DNA of 64,000 nt from contig JAZSOG010000036.1 of assembly GCA_045536845.1 (NCBI GenBank), positions 6,899 through 70,898 on the forward strand, given 5' to 3'. Source of the DNA: Kiritimatiellia bacterium. GTDB lineage: Bacteria > Verrucomicrobiota > Kiritimatiellia > RFP12 > UBA1067. The position numbers and the translations under genes were made by a program. Of this stretch, positions 54,355 through 63,237 are shown one piece after another; the first letter of the stretch is position 1, and each line of letters opens with the position of its first letter. Under the pieces are notes generated by a model. It was not told where the DNA came from, made no database searches, and saw only the letters and a program-made list of their open reading frames with translations.

Positions 54355-55034
54355 GTATGAAAGAATCGAAGCTTGAGGAAATCATGTCCGAAAGCGGACA
54401 GAGCGAACAGAAGGTGCAGAAGATTCTGAACATCCTTCTGGAGGCACCGTACTTCTACCGGGACGACGACCTGTCGCTCTTTCTCTTCCTCTCGAAATAC
54501 AAGCGGGCCTTCGCAGGATTCTTCAAGAAGTTCTACGGCTGGGAACTGATTGTCGAGTACAAGTGCGCGCGCCTCTACAAGCCGGCGTGGTACAACGAGA
54601 AGGTTACGGAAGTGAACCGCGACATGTTCAACTTTACGAAACGCGACGAGTGCGTGGCGTTTCTTCTTCTGCTGGAGTTCTTCGAGCGCGAGCTGCAGGA
54701 GCAGGCGGTCTCGACGGACGACAAGGAGAATCTCCGTTTCCTGTTCGGGTCGTTTCTCAATTTCGCGGGTGGCAGGTTCCGCGAGGTGTTTCCCGAGCGG
54801 ACGGACTACTACACCGACGAACAGGTGCGGCGGGTCGTCCGCGCCATTATGCCGACGCTCCTCAAGTACCGGTTCCTGCGCGAGCTGCCGCGTGGCGACG
54901 ACGACGGCGAAAGCGGCGACACGATCTATGAATGCCTCCCCGCCCTCTGGCTCTACAAGGGCGAGCGCCTAGCGTCCAGCGTGGCGACGGCACCTGAGGT
55001 TGATGTAACAAACAGGAACGTGGAGGGTGAGTAA
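54351..55034 (+). CDS. jetB: JetB-like (MksE-like, DUF4194-type) subunit
   Basis: It is 227 aa with an ATGA overlap with jetA. It is acidic, with the N-terminal LLEAPYFYRDDD pattern. Size and position fit JetB. Confidence 0.65.
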   Translation: MSMKESKLEEIMSESGQSEQKVQKILNILLEAPYFYRDDDLSLFLFLSKYKRAFAGFFKKFYGWELIVEYKCARLYKPAWYNEKVTEVNRDMFNFTKRDECVAFLLLLEFFERELQEQAVSTDDKENLRFLFGSFLNFAGGRFREVFPERTDYYTDEQVRRVVRAIMPTLLKYRFLRELPRGDDDGESGDTIYECLPALWLYKGERLASSVATAPEVDVTNRNVEGE

Positions 55035-58000
55035 AATGCCAATACGAAGAGATTCGTTCAGGATTACAAAGATTCGCTTCGTGAACTTCCACAATCTGGG
55101 AACGGGGATTGTGGACCTTCCGGGCGGAGGTCATTTGTTCCTGCTCGGCGACAATGGCTCCGGCAAGACAACCCTCCTTGACGCGATCCACTACGTGCTT
55201 TCCGCAGGCGACATTGAGTTCAACGCCGCCGCGCGCGTCGCAGGGGCGAAGAACGCAGGCGGACGCAAGGTGCAGGGCGTCGTGATGCGCTACAACGTCG
55301 AGGCGGGCGGCCCCATGAACAAGGACGGCGGCATTTCATACGCCGCCCTTGAACTGGCGTCGCTTGAAACTGGCCGGACGGTGTCGATTTGCGTGGGTCT
55401 TTCGGCGACTAGCATGGACGATCCCTACGACAGCTGGGGCGGCATGGCGGACGCTCCCGTTGCCGACCTGCCGCTGATGATCGAGGATTCGCACGACGGC
55501 AAGACGCAGTACCGTGCGGCCTTTCGCGACGAGTTCGCAAAGCGGCTGAAGGCGCTTCCCGCCGGGCGCTACTTCGCGAAGATCGGGCAGTACGCGACAG
55601 CCGTTGCGGAGCGTTTCTTCGACGATGTCGAAACCTACCGCAACGTCTGCCGCATTCTTGCGACCGGCAAGGCGTACCGCGAAATCGCGTCAAAGGCGGG
55701 AAACCTCAACCAGCTTTTCCGCCAGCTGCTCGAAGAGCCGAATCGCGAGACGTTCACCGGTCTTGTCGACGGGCTTAGATCCATCGACGAGAGCCGCGAA
55801 CGTCTCGACCGCATCGAGACGCGTCTTGGATTCCTCCGCAAGCTCAAGCGCGGACGCGATGCGCTCCTGCGGACGAAGGAGAGCCTCGTCTGCGCGGAAT
55901 GGAGACGAGCGGACATCGATTTCGCCGAGGCCGCTGCAAAGGAGCGCGAACTTGAGGAAGAGCGGACGAAAGTTGTTGCTGAAATCAATGTTGCCAACGG
56001 CGACCTTGACGTCCTCAAACGCGAACGCGACGCCCGGCAGACGGAACTTCAGGACCTGAAGGCGAAGGACGCTTCCGGTCTCCTTCAGCGCGAAAAGCAG
56101 CTCGCGCAGGAAGCCGCTGCGCTGGAAGGGGAGTGCCGCGCCAAGGATGATGCGCGGCGTAAGGCATCCGAAGCGTTGCAGGATGTGGCTGAGCGCGTTG
56201 CCGAATCGCGTCGCTCGCTTGCCGCGAGCGCTGCAAAACATGCCGTGGAGTTGCACAAACTCGGACAGGACGCGCCCGTTTCCGTCATGCCGCTCGTCTC
56301 CGCGCTTGATGCCGTCGCGAAAGCAGCCGTGCCGGAAGAGTCGGCGTTGGAAATGGACGCGGTACGCTCTGCGGTCGCGTCGGCCTGCGAAGACGCGGCT
56401 GGCGCGGTTCGTGCGTGTACGGACGAAGCCGCGAGGGCAGATGCGGAGGTGTTTCGGATTGGGAAGGAGCTCGCGGCACTTGAGGCGCAGGCGGAACCGG
56501 AGCCGGAAGTCTCCGGTTTCGCAGAGGCGCGGACGGTCGTGGCGGAGCGTCTCTTCAAGGCCGTGCCGCTCTATCTCCATGTCGAGCCGCGCGCCGGGTT
56601 GAAGTCTGCGGAAGTCGCCGCTTTTGAGCAGGTCGTTGGCGATGCGCTTCTCGGAACGTGGCTTGTGCCGCAGGACGAGGCGGACGCCGTGCGCATGGAG
56701 TTCTTCCGCAATCACCGTGAGCAGTCAATCTTCGTGCGGACGGAAGACTTCGACGTGCCATCCGAAACGGAATGGGTTGCGCGCTACATAGATGTTGCGG
56801 AATCGGCCCCCGATGCGGTACTGGCGCTCAAGGCGGCGCTGTCGGCACGCGGCGGACTGCGCGTCCTTGACGAGGTCGAGACGAAGGTGGTCGCGTTTCG
56901 CGGACGCGAGCAGCCGCTCGCCAACGTGAAACCGCGCCTTCTTGGAGCCAGACAGCGCCACGATGAACAGGCGCGGCGAATCCGCATGAAGCGCGACGAA
57001 CTCTCCGCCGCCGAGAAGTCGCGCGATGCGGCGGCGCGGCGTGTGCGCGAGGCGGAAGCGGCGCGTACGCACATGCGCGAAATCGCATCGGCCGTGGACG
57101 GTCTGCGGGCGTGGTGGCAGGAAGGACGCGAAAGGGTACGGCACCTCCGGCAGGAGCAGATGTTCCGCGAAGAGAACGCGGCAGGGGCGGCGATGGTTGC
57201 AGAAGAAGCGCGCAACAGGCTCGCGCGCGCGAAAGAGCAGCTTGAGTCTGTCCGCCTCAAGATGGCGAACGAAGGCGTAAGCGCGACGCTCGAAAGGCGT
57301 ATCAGGTCTGTCGAGAACCGAATCCGCGAGATCGAGGAAAAGATCTCGTTTGTGGATCGCGACATCGGAGCCAAAAGCCAGCGGGTCGTGAATGTCGACT
57401 CGGGGCTTGTCGCATCGCGGGAACGCCAGCGGATTGCGGAGGCGAGCCGTACCGTGGCGGAGAAACAGTTGCCCGGAATCGCCGCGCTTGCGCATGAACG
57501 CTTGGACACGGCGGGGGACACGAAGGAGTCGCTTGCGGCGTTTGTCGAGGAGTCGAAGCGCAAGGAGACGGAAGGCGAGACCACGCTGCGGCGCGACATC
57601 TGCGAGCCGATTGGATTCGACTATGCGTTCCAATTTGATGCGGCGGAGTGTTCGCTCGTCGATCAGCGCGGCGAGGCCATCGATGCGGTGCTGGAGAAGG
57701 AAAACGCGGACTACGAGGCGCAGAGGGGCGTCATCAACGAGCAGACGCAGCGCTTGTTCCGCGACATTTTCGTCTCCGAGGTCCTGCGCAAGCTCTACGA
57801 GGACGACCAGCGGCTCACGCAGCTTTCGGTGCGGGTGAACAGGATGCTGAAGGACCGGTTCTTCGGTTCGAGCCGGTATTCGTTCGGGTTGAAGCCCGTC
57901 CCCGAGTATGAATCGCTGCTGGCGCTCATCCGCAAGTTCAGCGCATACGGCGCGGGCGAGGACGGCGAGGAGATTTCCGATTTCGTGGAGACTCACAAGG

Positions 58001-58548
58001 ACGCGATCCTCTCCGCTCAGCCGGGCGAGATACCGGAGATGTTTGACTACCGCCACTGGTACGAATTCCAGCTGAAGATGGTGACGCGCGACAATGAGGG
58101 GAAGATCATCGATCGCTCCGTGAAAGCAGTCGGTTCCGGCGGCGAGCAGGCCGTACCGAACTATCTCCTGATCCTCACCGTCGCGGCGTTTCTCTACCAG
58201 GGGCGCACGGGCAACCAGTCGCTGCGGCTCCAGCCGCTCCTCTTCGACGAGGCGTTCTACGGGATCGACGCGGCGCGGCGGGACCAGCTCTTGTCCTTCG
58301 CGAACGATCTGGGGCTCCAGCTTTTCGTGGCGTCGCCGGACCAGGACGGCGTGAAGAAGGAGCTGCCGCGCACAACGTCGCTCTTCGTCGTCAAGGACGA
58401 GAAGTTCGATGTGCATCTCTACCACTACACGCAGGACATCACCGCCAAACAGGGCGACTTGTTCTCCTCGCCGGCACCGGACAGGCCGGATACGCCGGAA
58501 TTTACTTCGGTTGACGCTGACATCAAGGGAGCAGGCGATGAGTCTTGA
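55027..58548 (+). CDS. jetC: JetC-like SMC-family ATPase (MksB-like)
   Basis: It is 1173 aa. It has N-terminal Walker A LLGDNGSGKTTLLDAIHYVL, a long coiled-coil-like middle and a C-terminal SGGEQ signature plus Walker B LLFDEAFYGID. The start is GTG 55027 or ATG 55036. Confidence 0.85.
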   Translation: MSKMPIRRDSFRITKIRFVNFHNLGTGIVDLPGGGHLFLLGDNGSGKTTLLDAIHYVLSAGDIEFNAAARVAGAKNAGGRKVQGVVMRYNVEAGGPMNKDGGISYAALELASLETGRTVSICVGLSATSMDDPYDSWGGMADAPVADLPLMIEDSHDGKTQYRAAFRDEFAKRLKALPAGRYFAKIGQYATAVAERFFDDVETYRNVCRILATGKAYREIASKAGNLNQLFRQLLEEPNRETFTGLVDGLRSIDESRERLDRIETRLGFLRKLKRGRDALLRTKESLVCAEWRRADIDFAEAAAKERELEEERTKVVAEINVANGDLDVLKRERDARQTELQDLKAKDASGLLQREKQLAQEAAALEGECRAKDDARRKASEALQDVAERVAESRRSLAASAAKHAVELHKLGQDAPVSVMPLVSALDAVAKAAVPEESALEMDAVRSAVASACEDAAGAVRACTDEAARADAEVFRIGKELAALEAQAEPEPEVSGFAEARTVVAERLFKAVPLYLHVEPRAGLKSAEVAAFEQVVGDALLGTWLVPQDEADAVRMEFFRNHREQSIFVRTEDFDVPSETEWVARYIDVAESAPDAVLALKAALSARGGLRVLDEVETKVVAFRGREQPLANVKPRLLGARQRHDEQARRIRMKRDELSAAEKSRDAAARRVREAEAARTHMREIASAVDGLRAWWQEGRERVRHLRQEQMFREENAAGAAMVAEEARNRLARAKEQLESVRLKMANEGVSATLERRIRSVENRIREIEEKISFVDRDIGAKSQRVVNVDSGLVASRERQRIAEASRTVAEKQLPGIAALAHERLDTAGDTKESLAAFVEESKRKETEGETTLRRDICEPIGFDYAFQFDAAECSLVDQRGEAIDAVLEKENADYEAQRGVINEQTQRLFRDIFVSEVLRKLYEDDQRLTQLSVRVNRMLKDRFFGSSRYSFGLKPVPEYESLLALIRKFSAYGAGEDGEEISDFVETHKDAILSAQPGEIPEMFDYRHWYEFQLKMVTRDNEGKIIDRSVKAVGSGGEQAVPNYLLILTVAAFLYQGRTGNQSLRLQPLLFDEAFYGIDAARRDQLLSFANDLGLQLFVASPDQDGVKKELPRTTSLFVVKDEKFDVHLYHYTQDITAKQGDLFSSPAPDRPDTPEFTSVDADIKGAGDES

Positions 58549-59731
58549 CGCGGAACTGTGTGGTGACAAGCGCATCAAGGGGCTCGCGCGAAAGCTCGTG
58601 CGGCGAATCGATGGCGAGGGCCCATTGCCGTCCGAGATCGAAGTTCCGGCAACGCCTGAAGAATGGGAAGTCATCGCCGAAGTCGGGCGTATTCTTGGCG
58701 TCGCCGCCTATCAGAAGGGACGCAAGGCCGTGTTCCGCATCCAGCCTGAACGCCGCGATCCAGCCGGGTGGGAGAAAGTTTGCGCCGTTTTTGCAAAGAA
58801 GGAAGTGATAAGCGATTCTGGTGAGGAAGCTTTTCGCCGCGCTCGTTTGGTCGCCGGCGCCGATGTGGTCGAAACGTTGAAGTCAGACGCGACGGTCGTG
58901 CGTTTTCTGCGACGCGGCAAAGGGGCGGTTCACGATTTCGTGCGAATGCTCGAGTGGGCTGCTCGCCGCATTTCGAATGACGCAAATATGCCTCTGGTCA
59001 CGCTTTCTCAATTGGGTGCCGATATTCTCGGCGACAGCAAATCGCTGCGAACCGGAACGCGGCGCGTGGTGTTCGAGCGCGTCCTTTGTGCCGTTGCCGG
59101 AATGGATGCGGATGAATGCGGGCGTGAGGCGTCCGCTCGGTTCGGCATCGAAGAGAATCCTTTTACGAGCTTCGCGACCGTATTTGCGCCGCTCTCGTTC
59201 ACGCTCGACACGGGCGAATCGTTTGCGTATCCGGCGGAGATGTTCCGTCTGGGACTCGCCGTGCAGCTGCCGCGCCAGACGGTCATGCGCATCCGCAACG
59301 TGCGTTTGGACGTGCGTCAAATCGTCACAAGCGAGAACGCCGCGCCGGTTGAAACGCTTGTTCGTGAGAAGGTGCCGTGCCTCTACACGGAAGGCTATCC
59401 CAATGGCGCCGTCATCTGGCTGCTGGAGCTGTTCGCGGAGCAGGGGGTGACGGTGGATCATGCCGGAGACGGCGATCTTGACGGTTTCGTCATCGCAGAG
59501 CGGATTTCAAAGGCCATAACCGTCCGGCGCGTCATCGCCGAGGAACTCGCCGCGGACGAAGCGCTCCCGCGCCGCCCGGTCTCGCCACAGACGCACAGCC
59601 GTTGGGAAGCCTATCTCGCGGCGCATCCAGATTTCGCGCACGCTTCCGCGCTTCGCATCGCCATGGAGCGCGGCTGGATCGAGCAGGAAAGCATGGATAT
59701 GAACGTTTTGGCCGGGCGATCGGAAGACTGA
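58538..59731 (+). CDS. jetD: JetD-like Toprim-domain nuclease subunit (MksG-like, DUF3322/DUF2220-type)
   Basis: ORF 58409 trimmed to ATG 58538, which overlaps the jetC end by 11 nt. Its C-terminal Toprim-like motifs are VTSENAAP and HAGDGDLDGFVIAE. Confidence 0.75.
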   Translation: MSLDAELCGDKRIKGLARKLVRRIDGEGPLPSEIEVPATPEEWEVIAEVGRILGVAAYQKGRKAVFRIQPERRDPAGWEKVCAVFAKKEVISDSGEEAFRRARLVAGADVVETLKSDATVVRFLRRGKGAVHDFVRMLEWAARRISNDANMPLVTLSQLGADILGDSKSLRTGTRRVVFERVLCAVAGMDADECGREASARFGIEENPFTSFATVFAPLSFTLDTGESFAYPAEMFRLGLAVQLPRQTVMRIRNVRLDVRQIVTSENAAPVETLVREKVPCLYTEGYPNGAVIWLLELFAEQGVTVDHAGDGDLDGFVIAERISKAITVRRVIAEELAADEALPRRPVSPQTHSRWEAYLAAHPDFAHASALRIAMERGWIEQESMDMNVLAGRSED

Positions 59732-59738
59732 TAGAGAA

Positions 59739-59927
59739 ATGAGATTGAGGCGTTATGAAAAAGAAAATCGGCTCTTCGAGTACCTGATGTACGAGGTGCT
59801 GCAGTGCGGCCTTAGCTGGGACACGATCATCCAGAAGCGTACGGCGTTCCGCGTCGCCTTTGAGCGGTTCGACTTCGAGAAGATCGCACGCTACGGCGAC
59901 CGCGACATCGCGCGCATCCTCGCCGTG
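59739..59927 (+). pseudogene. tag: Remnant of DNA-3-methyladenine glycosylase I (tag), truncated at both ends
   Basis: NRLFEYLMYEVLQCGLSWDTIIQKRTAFRVAFERFDFEKIARYGDRDIARIL matches the central Tag block (LFE.L.LE..QAGLSW ... KR..FR.AF..FD). The Zn-binding N-terminus (C.W, YHD.EWG) and the C-terminal ~110 aa are missing. Confidence 0.6.
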
Positions 59928-59951
59928 CCCGCGCGCTGGAGGCGGAATAAA

Positions 59952-59960
59952 TGGTATAAT
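59952..59960 (+). promoter_or_regulatory. Extended -10 TGGTATAAT upstream of thiH (about 85-nt leader, no THI box)
   Basis: Read directly: aaaTGGTATAATactg. Confidence 0.6.
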
Positions 59961-60049
59961 ACTGACATCGGAAACAAAAGAAGAATGAACACAATGGAAT
60001 TCAACGGACCGAAGGAAGATTTGCTGTCCATTTGACGGGGATAATTGAA

Positions 60050-61162
60050 ATGTTTCCACTGCTGAAATACACGGCCGAGGAGGTCGATGAATACTATGCC
60101 AAGGTGACGCCGGAAATGGTGAGGGCCTCGCTTGCCAAGGACCGTCACGACTGGTTTGATTTGCTGAACCTCGTCTCGCCGGCGGCGTATCCGTTCATGG
60201 ACGAGATGCGCCGCAAGGCCCGTCTCGCGCGGATCAAGTACTACGGCAAGACGGTGAGCGTCTATGCGCCGCTCTATATCGGCAACACGTGCGTCAACCA
60301 CTGCCGCTACTGCGACTTCCGCCGCGAGCACACTGGCACCGTGAGGCGCAACCTGACGCTGGACGAGATACGCCTCGAGGCGGAGGCCATACGCGCGAGC
60401 GGAATCGACAACCTCCTCATCGTCGCAGGCGAGGACCCGAAGGTCAACTCGGTCGAGCACTTCTGCGACGTTGCGCGGCTCTTGAAGCCGATGTTCTCCA
60501 ACCTCTCGCTCGAAGTCGCGCCGCAGACCGAGGAAGGGTACAGGGCGATGTTCGAGGCGGGCTTCGAGTCGCTCACGTGCTTCCAGGAGACATACGACCA
60601 GGAACGCTACAAATACTTCCATCCGGCGGGACCTAAGTCCGACTACGAATGGCGGCTCTGGACGCAACTTCGCGCTGGACGCGCTGGCTTCCGCATTCTC
60701 GGCTGCGCGTTTCTTCTCGGGCTTACGCCGTGGCGCAGGGAAGCGGCGAGTCTCGCCGCGCACGCACTTTACTTGATGAAGGAGTGCTACGAGTCGAAGG
60801 TGCAGTTCGCGTTTCCGCGCTTTTGTCGCGTCGAGGGCGGTTTCGTGCCGCCGTGCGAAGTCGACGAGCGCGATGTCGATTTGATGATGCTCGCGTTCAG
60901 GATTTGCTTCCCGCAGTGCTGCATGACTGTCTCGACCAGGGAGGCGCCTAAGTTCCGCGACTACATCGTGCAGGTCGCGGCTGACAACATGAGCGCGGGT
61001 TCGCGCGTGACGCCAGGCGGCTATGCTGTTCTCGAAAAAGAGCACGCAGCAGACGTCGCGCAGTTCACGCTCACCGACAGGCGAGCGCCGAAGGAAATCT
61101 ACGACGCGATCAAGGCGAACGGACAGGAAGTCGTATTCAAGAACTGGGATAATAGAATTTAG
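60050..61162 (+). CDS. thiH: 2-iminoacetate synthase ThiH (radical SAM)
   Basis: It has the radical SAM cluster motif CVNHCRYCDF and ThiH/HydG-like length and context with the thi genes. The start is ATG 60050 or TTG 60032. Confidence 0.8.
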   Translation: MFPLLKYTAEEVDEYYAKVTPEMVRASLAKDRHDWFDLLNLVSPAAYPFMDEMRRKARLARIKYYGKTVSVYAPLYIGNTCVNHCRYCDFRREHTGTVRRNLTLDEIRLEAEAIRASGIDNLLIVAGEDPKVNSVEHFCDVARLLKPMFSNLSLEVAPQTEEGYRAMFEAGFESLTCFQETYDQERYKYFHPAGPKSDYEWRLWTQLRAGRAGFRILGCAFLLGLTPWRREAASLAAHALYLMKECYESKVQFAFPRFCRVEGGFVPPCEVDERDVDLMMLAFRICFPQCCMTVSTREAPKFRDYIVQVAADNMSAGSRVTPGGYAVLEKEHAADVAQFTLTDRRAPKEIYDAIKANGQEVVFKNWDNRI

Positions 61163-61257
61163 GGGTCAGTAGTCAGGGGTCAGGAGTTAGGAGTTGGAGT
61201 TCAGAGTTGGAGTTGGAGTTAGGGGTCAGGGGCCAGGAGTCAGGGGTCAGTAGTTAG
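61161..61257 (+). repeat. ~97-nt array of GGGGTCA/GGAGTCA/GGAGTTG heptamer-hexamer repeats between thiH and thiC
   Basis: Read directly: aggggtcagtagtcaggggtcaggagttaggagttggagttcagagttggagttggagttaggggtcaggggccaggagtcaggggtcagtagttag. Confidence 0.9.
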
Positions 61258-61283
61258 TAATTTAAATAAAGGAGACAATTAGT

Positions 61284-62588
61284 ATGACACAACTTGAGGC
61301 GGCGAGGAAGGGGATTGTGACCGACGCAATGCGAGAGGTCGCAAAGGGCGAAGGGCTTGATGCTGAGGCGGTTCGCGCGGCGGTTGCGACGGGCGAGGCG
61401 GTGATCCCGCTCAACCCCGCCCACAAAAACTGCCAGCCCGTCGGCGTCGGCAGGATGTTCACGACGAAGATCAACGCGAACCTCGGACGCAGCGTGACGC
61501 ATTCCGGAAAGGGCGACGAACTCGAGAAACTGCAGGTTGCGCTCGACGCAGGCGCGGACTTCGTGATGGACCTCTCCGTCGCGTCGACAGAGGACGAGAT
61601 CGCGTCTATCCGCCAGGGAATGCTCGACGCCTCGCCTAAGCCGCTTGGCACCGTGCCGATCTACGAGACGATCTCGCTTCTCGGCGACATCCCGAAGATG
61701 GACCCGAAGTTCCTTATCGGCGTAATTCGCCGCCAGGCCGAGCAGGGCGTCGACTTCATGACGCTCCACGCTGGGCTTCTCCTCAGGCACATCCCGAACG
61801 CGATGAAGCGCAAGATGGGAATCGTCTCCCGCGGCGGCGCGATCATGGCGGAGTGGATGATGGAGAACAAGGCGGAGAATCCGCTCTACACGCACTGGGA
61901 CGAAGTGATGGACATCCTCGCGGAGCACGACGTTACCGTTTCGCTCGGCGACGGCCTGAGGCCTGGTTGCCTTGCTGACGCCTCGGACGCCGCACAGTTT
62001 GGCGAGCTTGACGTTCTCGGCGAACTCGTCGACCGCTGCCGCGAGCGCGGCGTTCAGGTGATGGTGGAAGGTCCTGGCCACGTTCCCTTCAACCAGATTC
62101 AGATGAACATGGAACGCCAGCAGGAAGTCTGCAAGAAGGCGCCGTTCTATGTGCTTGGGCCAGTCGTCACCGACATCGCGCCCGGCTATGACCACATCGT
62201 TTCCGCAATTGGCGCGACAGCGGCCGCAACCTACGGCGCGTCGCTTCTCTGCTACGTGACGCCTGCCGAACACCTCGGGCTTCCCGACGCCGAGGAAGTG
62301 CACCAGGGCTGCATCGCCTACAAGATTGCCGCCCACGCCGGCGATGTCGCGCGCGGACTTCCGCATGCCCGCGAGCGCGACGATGCGATGTCCGATGCGC
62401 GCGCGGCGTTTGACTGGGACCGCCAGTTCGAGATTTGCCTCGACCCGAAACGGGCGAAGGAGCGTTGGCTCAAGACTCGCGCCTTCACCGACGAAGCGCA
62501 TGGCGACGACCACTGCTCGATGTGCGGCAAGCAGTTCTGCGCCGTCCGCACGTCGCGCCGCATCAAGAAACTCGCCGCGGAGCTTTGA
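61284..62588 (+). CDS. thiC: Phosphomethylpyrimidine synthase
   Basis: ThiC motifs are NANLG, TLHAG, GIVSRGG, GPGHVP and the C-terminal CSMCG.FC cluster. The AAAGGAG ribosome-binding site is present. Confidence 0.95.
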   Translation: MTQLEAARKGIVTDAMREVAKGEGLDAEAVRAAVATGEAVIPLNPAHKNCQPVGVGRMFTTKINANLGRSVTHSGKGDELEKLQVALDAGADFVMDLSVASTEDEIASIRQGMLDASPKPLGTVPIYETISLLGDIPKMDPKFLIGVIRRQAEQGVDFMTLHAGLLLRHIPNAMKRKMGIVSRGGAIMAEWMMENKAENPLYTHWDEVMDILAEHDVTVSLGDGLRPGCLADASDAAQFGELDVLGELVDRCRERGVQVMVEGPGHVPFNQIQMNMERQQEVCKKAPFYVLGPVVTDIAPGYDHIVSAIGATAAATYGASLLCYVTPAEHLGLPDAEEVHQGCIAYKIAAHAGDVARGLPHARERDDAMSDARAAFDWDRQFEICLDPKRAKERWLKTRAFTDEAHGDDHCSMCGKQFCAVRTSRRIKKLAAEL

Positions 62589-62613
62589 GAGACTACCAGC
62601 CCTGTCGGGAATT

Positions 62614-62622
62614 TGGTATAAT
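62614..62622 (+). promoter_or_regulatory. Extended -10 TGGTATAAT upstream of nifU
   Basis: Read directly: aatTTGGTATAATatt. Confidence 0.6.
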
Positions 62623-62664
62623 ATTTAGTTCAAGGACAGCAATCTTTACGAAAGTCGAACGGCG

Positions 62665-63237
62665 ATGTGGAATTATTCTGAGAAGATGATGGACCACTTC
62701 CGGAACCCCCGGAACGTGGGCAAGATCGAGAATCCCGACGGAACGGCGACAGTTGGGTCGCTTGCATGCGGAGACGCCCTCCAGTTCCAGTTCAAGCTCG
62801 GGCCCGACGGGAAGATCGCGGAGGCGAAGTTCCAGACATTCGGGTGCGCGAGCGCGATCGCAAGCTCGTCGGCGCTCACAGAGATGGTGATCGGAAAGAC
62901 GCTCGACGAGGCGAAGAAGATCACGAACCAGCAGATAGCCGACTACCTTGGCGGGCTCCCACCGCAGAAGATGCACTGCTCCGTGATGGGCCGCGAGGCG
63001 ATGGAGGCGGCGATAAAGAACTTCGAGACCGGCAAGAACACCGACCGCAACCTCGAGGACACGGTTCTCTGCACTTGCTACAACGTCTCCGAGAACGAGG
63101 TTCGCCGCGTGATAACCGAGAACCAGCTCACCACGGTAGAGGAAGTCACGAACTACACGAAGGCCGGCGGCGGCTGCGGGCGCTGCAAGGGCAAGATCCA
63201 GGCGATTCTCGACGAAATCCACGGAGGCGCAAAGTGA
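62665..63237 (+). CDS. nifU: NifU-type Fe-S cluster scaffold (IscU-like domain + BFD-like [2Fe-2S] domain)
   Basis: The IscU motifs are [23 protein letters not shown] and HCSV. The BFD-like region is C.C ... GGGCGRC. Confidence 0.85.
   Translation: MWNYSEKMMDHFRNPRNVGKIENPDGTATVGSLACGDALQFQFKLGPDGKIAEAKFQTFGCASAIASSSALTEMVIGKTLDEAKKITNQQIADYLGGLPPQKMHCSVMGREAMEAAIKNFETGKNTDRNLEDTVLCTCYNVSENEVRRVITENQLTTVEEVTNYTKAGGGCGRCKGKIQAILDEIHGGAK

Noticed and set aside
49655-59950. Integrase, transposase, tRNA attachment site or terminal direct repeats for the hipBA-ATPase-Wadjet block.
   Set aside because: None is recognisable in any frame or at the junctions by eye, so I call it island-like only from content, the AT-rich junction and the tag remnant.
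59961-61283. TPP riboswitches upstream of thiH and thiC.
   Set aside because: There is no CUGAGA / ACCUGAUCYGG / UAAUGCCAGCG-type core in either leader. The thiC spacer is a pure repeat array. A covariance-model scan should still confirm this.
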